Part shown: piece after piece, positions 17,092 through 23,042 of the stretch | Layout of the letters: each line of letters begins with the position of its first letter | Numbering within the stretch: the first letter of the stretch is position 1 | Assembly: GCA_963804955.1 (NCBI GenBank) | Contig: CAWDSQ010000023.1 | Location: 1 to 23,042, forward strand | Source: an uncultured delta proteobacterium | GTDB taxonomy: Bacteria; Desulfobacterota; WTBG01; CAIYCZ01; CAIRTM01 | Length of the DNA stretch: 23,042 bases | Direction: 5' to 3' | Program-made: the position numbers and the translations under genes | Notes under the pieces: model-generated | What the model was told of the DNA's origin: nothing | The model's database searches: none | Seen by the model: only the letters and a program-made list of their open reading frames with translations

Positions 17092-17122
17092 TTGGGCAAA
17101 GTCCGCCGAGGCGGATGCCCAA
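17092..17122. repeat. Short GC-rich intergenic hairpin
   Basis: TTGGGCA-aag-TCCGCC-ga-GGCGGA-TGCCCAA. Confidence 0.5.
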
Positions 17123-17156
17123 CATTTTTCCAGTGCTTAATTTTGATGAAAAGTAA

Positions 17157-17369
17157 TACTCAACTTGACTGACTTTATAAGCTGGTGCCAGCCTGTTCAG
17201 TGGCACGCCGCTTGCGTCGGGCTACGTGCTCATAAAACCAGTTTTTTCTGTGATACGACACCTTCATTCGCACCGCCTTGCGACGCTTTGTGCCGCTGAA
17301 CAGGCTGGCCTGGGCAAGAATAATACAAGGATTTTCCATGATTCTGTTAAAAGTCAGCCAAGTTGAGTA
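17157..17369. mobile_element. 213-bp MITE-like element with a nested second inverted repeat
   Basis: Outer TIR TACTCAACTTGACTGACTTT / AAAGTCAGCCAAGTTGAGTA (19/20). Inner arms 17187-17206 / 17290-17309 (19/20). Confidence 0.78.
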
Positions 17370-17469
17370 ACTATTTAAAAATGAGGCCTTCTGGATCCCG
17401 GGTTTTACCGGGGTGACGATAGTGCACGACTACACCATTTTTTTGACATGGACACTACAGGAGTTTATC

Positions 17470-17748
17470 ATGGCAAATATCCGCGCGCATGTGTTTGTTG
17501 AAGGCCAGGTGCAGGGCGTCTGCTTCCGCGCCGAAACGCGGGAGGCGGCGCAGCGTTGCGGCGTTACGGGCTGGGTGCGAAACCTGTATGACGGCCGCGT
17601 GGAGGCCGTGTTTGAAGGCGGCGAAGAAGAGGTGGAGGGTGCGGTTGCCTGGTGCCATCACGGGCCGCCCCATGCTTCGGTGACCCATGTGGAGGTAACC
17701 CGCGAGCCGTATACCGGAAAGTTTTCCACTTTTTCCATCAGCTACTGA
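17470..17748 (+). CDS. acyP: Acylphosphatase
   Basis: VEGQVQGVCFR, GVTGWVRN, GPPHASV; AGGAG RBS; 92 aa. Confidence 0.95.
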   Translation: MANIRAHVFVEGQVQGVCFRAETREAAQRCGVTGWVRNLYDGRVEAVFEGGEEEVEGAVAWCHHGPPHASVTHVEVTREPYTGKFSTFSISY

Positions 17749-17754
17749 CCGGCC

Positions 17755-19486
17755 ATGCGCATTCTTCTCATGCAACCTCCTGTGGAGGATTTCTATCAAA
17801 CCGCCATACGCACGCAGCCGCTCGGGCTTGCCTGCCTTGCCGCAGCGCTTCGGCAGCATGGGAACGACGTCGCCATACTTGACTGCCAGCCCCCCGGCAA
17901 AAAGCGGCAGCTGCCCCTGCCCGCGGCATTCTCTTACATGAACCGCTTTTACACAGCAGGCGACGTAAGCCCCTTTCGGCTCTACGGCAGGTACAGCCAT
18001 TTCGGTATTTCCTGGGATGAGGTCCGGCAGGCTGTTGCAGCGGCTGAACCGCAGGCTGTTGGCATTTCCTGCCAGTTTACGCCCTATGTTGAAGAAACGC
18101 TCAAAACCGCACAGATCGTCAAAAGCCTCAACCCAGCAATTCCTGTAATCGTAGGCGGCGCCCATGCAAGCGCGCTTCCTGCCGAAGTGCTCACAAGCCC
18201 GTACATAGATTATGTCATTATTGGCGAGGGAGAGCGCACCCTGCCTGAGCTTATCGGATCCCTGTCTGAAGGCCGCGACATCGGCGACATCGCAGGCATT
18301 GCCTTTAAGCGCAGCGGCGAGGTGGTTGTGCATCCGCGCGGGGAATACATAGAGGATCTTGGCAGCCTGCCCCTGCCTGCCCGCGATCTTCTTAATTCCT
18401 CATGGTACAGCGTTGGGAAAGCTGCCTGTGCCATGCTGCTCACGAGCCGGGGCTGCCCGCAGCGCTGCTCATACTGTTCGGTGCATCAGGTGATGGGAAG
18501 CCGGCTCCGGTTCAGGTCGGCAGAGCATGTCATTGCCGAGATGAGAGACTGTCATGAACGCTTCGGTATTACAGCATTTGATTTCGAGGATGACAACTTC
18601 ACCTTCGACCGCGAGCGAGCACTCCGAATACTTAATGGGATTATAGAAGAATTCGGCGGGCGCAGTTTGCGGCTTTTTGCCATGAACGGCCTGTCGCTCA
18701 TATCCCTTGACCCGGAGCTCTTGCAGGCCATGAAGGGTGCTGGCTTTGAGCGGCTGGATCTCTCACTTGGCAGCAGCAGCCATGAACTGAATCGCCGCAT
18801 GGACCGACCGGCTGACACTGCCCGGGCTGAGGCCGCGCTGGAGGCGGCAGCCCTGCTGGGCCTGCCCGTCACGACCTATATCATTCTCGGCATGCCCGAC
18901 CACCGGCTGGAAAACATGATTGACTCTATCATCTTTCTTCTTGAGCGGCCCACGATGCTCGGGCCCAGCATTTTCTACCCCAGCCCCGGCACCCGCACCT
19001 TTGATGCGGTACAGGGGGCAGACCTCTGCGATGTTACGCAGTACGGGCTGCTTCGCTCAAGCGCCTTTCCGGTTGAAACGCCTCACTGCTGCCGCCTTGA
19101 TCTGGTGACGCTGCTGCGCCTGTGCCGCTGGATAAATTTTGTAAAAGGGCTGCTTGCTAAAAACGGCACGCTTCATGCTCCTTTGCAGATCTTCCGGCTC
19201 TTTTCTGCCGGTGACCCGGCAGCCCTCCGGCTCAGAACGGCCGCTTTCACCAGAAGCTGCGGGCTGGCACCTTTCAGCCCGTTTGCTTGACGAGAAAAAT
19301 TTTTTCGGCATGAAGCGACTGCACGCAACAGAAGTCTACCGCTATGAGCTGTTTACCTATGAGACTTCTCGGAAAGCCGTTGATATTTTTTTTGAAAAAG
19401 CGCAATCTCTGTACATCCGCGCTGCGGCAACCGTCCGTGCTGTCATAATCTGGAAGTCGGCATGTATCTTATCGAACCCTTTTTAA
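17755..19486 (+). CDS. Cobalamin-binding-domain radical SAM protein; probable frameshift at about 19190-19240
   Basis: PLGLACLAA, IVGGAHAS, GEGE, SRGCPQRCSYC, FEDDNF. The C-terminus plausibly continues in ORF 19154..19486; uncorrected stop at 19290. Confidence 0.85.
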
Positions 19487-20717
19487 ATTTTTTTTACCGC
19501 CGGACCATGCGCTCGGTGCTGCGCTTCGGCAGCGTGGAGGAACATCCCGTGCCGCCCCGCTCTGCGGCTGACACGGATGATTATCTGCTGTATGTTCATA
19601 TCCCGTTCTGCGAAAGCCTCTGCCCGTACTGCTCGTTTCACCGCTACGCATTTACCGGGGAGCTTGCCCGGCCGTATTTCGATGCGCTGCTCACCGAGCT
19701 TGCGATGTATAAAAAACTCGGCTATGACTTCAAGGGCATGTATGTCGGCGGCGGCACGCCCACGATCTTTCTTGACGGGCTTACCCGCGTGCTTGACTAC
19801 TGCCGGAAAAATTTCAGCATTAAGGAAATATCGGTTGAGACCAATCCCAATCACCTGACCGACCGGCATATGAAGGTTTTAAAGGACGCGGGCGTGAACC
19901 GCCTGAGCGTGGGCGTTCAGAGCTTTGACGACAAAATACTGAAAGCCATCGGCAGGCTTGAAAAATACGGCAGCGGTTCCGATATTCAAAAAAAGCTGAG
20001 CGGCGCCGGCGGCATCTTCGACACGCTCAATGTTGATCTCATCTTCAACATGCCCCTGCAGGATGATGCAAGCCTGCGGGCTGATCTTGACATCATCGAC
20101 AGCCTGCTGCCCGACCAGGTCACCTTCTATCCGCTCATGACGGCGCCGTCGGTTGAGAAGGCCCTGCGCTCGACCCTTGGCGCTGTGGATTTCCGCAAGG
20201 AAAAACGCTTCTACTTCACCATCCTTGAAAGCATGCGCAAAAACTACACCGGCTCAACTGCGTGGTGCTTCTCGCGAAAAAAATCGATGATCGATGAGTA
20301 CATCATCGCCTATGATAAATATGTGGGCGCGGGCAGCGGCTCCTTCGGGTATTTCAACGACTGCATCTATATTACGTCGTTTTCACTTGAGGAATATATC
20401 GCAAAAATACGCAAGGGCGAACTGCCGATCACACGCGTGAAGAAATTCACTCCCCGGGAAAACCGCTACTATTTCTTCCTTATGAAGCTCTTCGGCCTTG
20501 AGCTTGACAAGGCAGCCTTTCAAAAAGCATTCGGCAGGACCTATACCCGCGATCTGTTTTTCGAGACGCTGCTTTTGCGGCTTGCCCGCGCTATCCGCGA
20601 ACCGGCTCGACCATCCAGCTTACCGGCAGGGGCCGCTATTACTGGGTCATGGCCATGCGCGAATTCTTCATCGCCGTTGACACCATGCGCGATACCTGCC
20701 GCAATCAGCCGCAGTAG
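19462..20717 (+). CDS. HemN-like class C radical SAM enzyme, probable menaquinone methyltransferase (MenK/MqnK type); 1-nt frameshift at about 20600
   Basis: LYVHIPFCESLCPYCSF, VGGGTPT, RLSVGVQSF, QVTFYPLM. Adding an A at 20600 gives LTGRGRYYWVMAMREFFIAVDTMRD...* with TAG at 20715-20717. Confidence 0.8.
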
Positions 20718-20914
20718 CAAAAAATTCGTTGAACAGAGTGCGCGGCAGGCGGCGGCCTCTTGTCTGGCCCCCTGGCCGGGAAACCCTGCGGTGGATCGAG
20801 TACAAGGCTCTATCTGTTTTCGTGAAGGATGCTGCTTTTTTGGCAGGCGCTGCTGGAAAATTTTTTAAATCCTGCGGCCTCATCCAAAACCATCATCCAA
20901 AAATGAAGCTTTAT

Positions 20915-21011
20915 CCCTTCGCCCCGAGCCTGTTGAAGGGCCGAATGATTCAAGTACGACTTTCCGTTCATAGTTCGACCTTTCGTCAAGCTCAGGACTC
21001 ACCACGAACGG
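20915..21011. repeat. Degenerate REP-like palindromic repeat between convergent genes
   Basis: CCCTTC-GCCCCGAGCCTGTT-GAAGGG and CCGTTC...CAAGCTCAG...CACCACGAACGG, resembling the widespread 'CTGAGCCTGTCGAAG / TTCGACAAGCTCA' repeat type. Confidence 0.55.
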
Positions 21012-21107
21012 CCTTGCCGTGCATGGAGAATGAGGCTGCAAAATAATGCAAAAAGGCTCCGGCTGGAAGCGGAGCGGCATGTAGCCATGAGCTGTTCCAC
21101 TGCCATG

Positions 21108-23042
21108 TCAGCGGTCTGGCGTGTGCTGTGTCTGCGGCAACCCGCTGCCTGCTGCGCTGTCTAAAACCGAACGGATCGCTTGAGATATCTCTCTACGGTT
21201 AAACGGCTTCATGATCAGGGCCTTGATGCCGAGGGCCCGAACGATTTCCTCTGATATTTTTTCATTATAGCCGGTAGCCATGATAACGGGTATGCCGGGC
21301 CTGATGCGCATGAGTTTTTCAGCCAGTTTATCTCCCGTCATATGCGGCATGGTCATGTCGGTTATAACAAGATCAAAATAGTCAGGATCCTTTTGAAACC
21401 ACTCCAGGGCGCTCTTGCTGCTAAGCATGACGGTGGGTTGATACCCAGGGATTTCAGCATGCTCTGCCCGACATCAAGCAGCATTTTTTCGTCATCAACC
21501 AGCAGTATGCGCTCAGTGCCCGTGAGCAGCGGCGGCGGTTCAGGCGCCGCCTCCAGGGCGGCATCCGTCAGCTCGGGGCAGCAGTACGTCAAAGGTGGTG
21601 CCTTTGCCGGGGTTGCTGCGCACCCATATGTCTCCGCCGCAACTTTTGACAATGCCGTGCGCCACGGCAAGCCCCATGCCGGTGCCCTTGCCGAACTCCT
21701 TGGTCGTAAAGAACGGCTCAAAAATTCGGTCTATAAAATGGGGATCAATGCCTGTGCCCGTATCGCTGACGGTCATTTTCACGTATGCCCCCTCGGGCAA
21801 ATCGTGATAATCCGCCGCCTGCCGTTCAGCCAGGAAAACCGACGACAGCCCGATCTCCAGAACGCCGCCGTTTTCGCTCATGGCATGAGCGGCATTGGTG
21901 CACAGGTTCATGAGCACCTGGTGGATCTGCGTCGGGTTGGCATTGATCAGTCCGGATTGCCTGCTGATGGTTTCCCGTATGTCAATGGTTGCCGGCAGCG
22001 TCGCACGCAGCAGCTGAATGGCCTCTTTGATCAGCGGGCTCACCTGCAGGGGGGCACGGGCCTCCATGTCCTTGCGGCTGAAGGCCAGTATCTGACGGAC
22101 AAGGTCCCGTGCGCGTATGGCGGATTTGAGTATCTGATCGAGATTATGCTGCACGGATATACCCGGGCTGAATCTTCGATGGACAGTTCGGTATAGCCCA
22201 TAATGGCTGCCAGAATATTGTTGAAATCATGGGCGATGCCCCCGGCGAGGGTGCCGATGGCCTCCATTTTCTGTGACTGGCGATACTGGGCTTCCATTTT
22301 TTTTCGCTCGGTTATATCGCGCATTACTGAAACACCCCCCGTTATCAGCCCCTCTGTCATCGTGCATACTCTGTGCATTGCACTCAAGGTGATATTGGCT
22401 CCGTTTTTTTGGCGGAAGATGAGCTCGCGATTTTTTAAAAAACCTTTTTCAAACAAATCTCCGAGGTTTTTCCGAAGCGCCTGCATGTCTTCAGCCTGTC
22501 TCGGGGGCCAGGAGGACATAGGACTTGGCCTGATCAGCTCCTGCGGTGTATACCCAGCAATTTCTCAACGGCATCATTGACAGCCACTATGTCCCCGATC
22601 GCATCCGAGAACATTATGGCGTCGGGCGATGTTCGAAAAATTTTCTCCAGCATGTCCCGCGAGGTTTTGACGGCATTCTCGGCCAGCTTTCTGCCGGTTA
22701 TATCTGCTATGGTGCCGTACATGAACAGGGGAGCGCCCGCGCTGTCATATTCAAAGCGGTTGCGGGTGGTCACGTAATAAACGGTTCCATCGGCGGACAC
22801 CAGGCGGTATTCTATATCCTGGGGAACAAAATCTTCATTGGTGCGCATGGCTGCGACCAAATGTGGTCATCGGGATGGATATGGGAAAAGTGCAGAGCAA
22901 AAGACGGCGTGACCGTGCCGGGAGCATAGCCATGCATCTGGTACAGCTCGTCTGACCAGGAAGAGCTGCCTGTCCGAAAGTCATATTTAAACCCGCCGAC
23001 CCGGACAATCCGCTGAATTTCGCTCAAAAACTTCCTTTCCCG
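21108..23042 (-). CDS. PAS-domain hybrid sensor histidine kinase (PAS-PAS-HisKA-HATPase-REC), 5' end outside the window, at least 5 frameshifts
   Basis: [85 protein letters not shown] and KPF spread over six ORFs. Confidence 0.92.

Noticed and set aside
16945..17125. Integron attC site (ATCTAAC / GTTGGGC core-like words)
   Set aside because: No properly ordered complementary R''/R' pair with L boxes, no integrase and no cassette array.
17455..18333. 292-aa antisense ORF and the many other overlapping shadow ORFs
   Set aside because: Opposite to or overlapping well-supported genes in GC-rich DNA; no motifs.
20718..21080. ORFs 20729..21046 and 20880..21080, and the extended tail of ORF 19462..20868
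   Set aside because: Frameshift read-through and REP-like repeat sequence; no recognisable protein features.

Overview
Bacterial chromosomal segment. Gene style (CFI-box-like tail, HisKA-REC kinase, MenK-like enzyme) suggests an anaerobic deltaproteobacterium/Desulfobacterota; this is inference. From left to right: an unannotated GT2 3' remnant; an orphan lipoprotein; a secreted tandem-DUF1566 protein with a Thr-rich linker and CFI-box-CTERM-like tail; smpB; a MITE and a complete ISL3 with an 8-bp TSD; two hypothetical genes, one with a His-less HisKA-like segment; an FlK thioesterase-RluA-MBL hydrolase operon; a surface-glycosylation cluster (GT-C-like, GtrB-like GT2, FAD oxidoreductase, second GT-C-like); acyP-B12 radical SAM-MenK-like radical SAM; and a PAS hybrid histidine kinase running off the end. 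Many genes carry small frameshifts, probably long-read consensus errors; the ISL3 A8 shift may be programmed. The most interesting unexplained signals are non-coding. The two surface-protein genes share an ops-like 19-bp leader motif followed by leader terminators, one with a competing antiterminator. NrdR-box-like palindromes and a 44-bp conserved block recur in intergenic regions with no ribonucleotide reductase gene in view.
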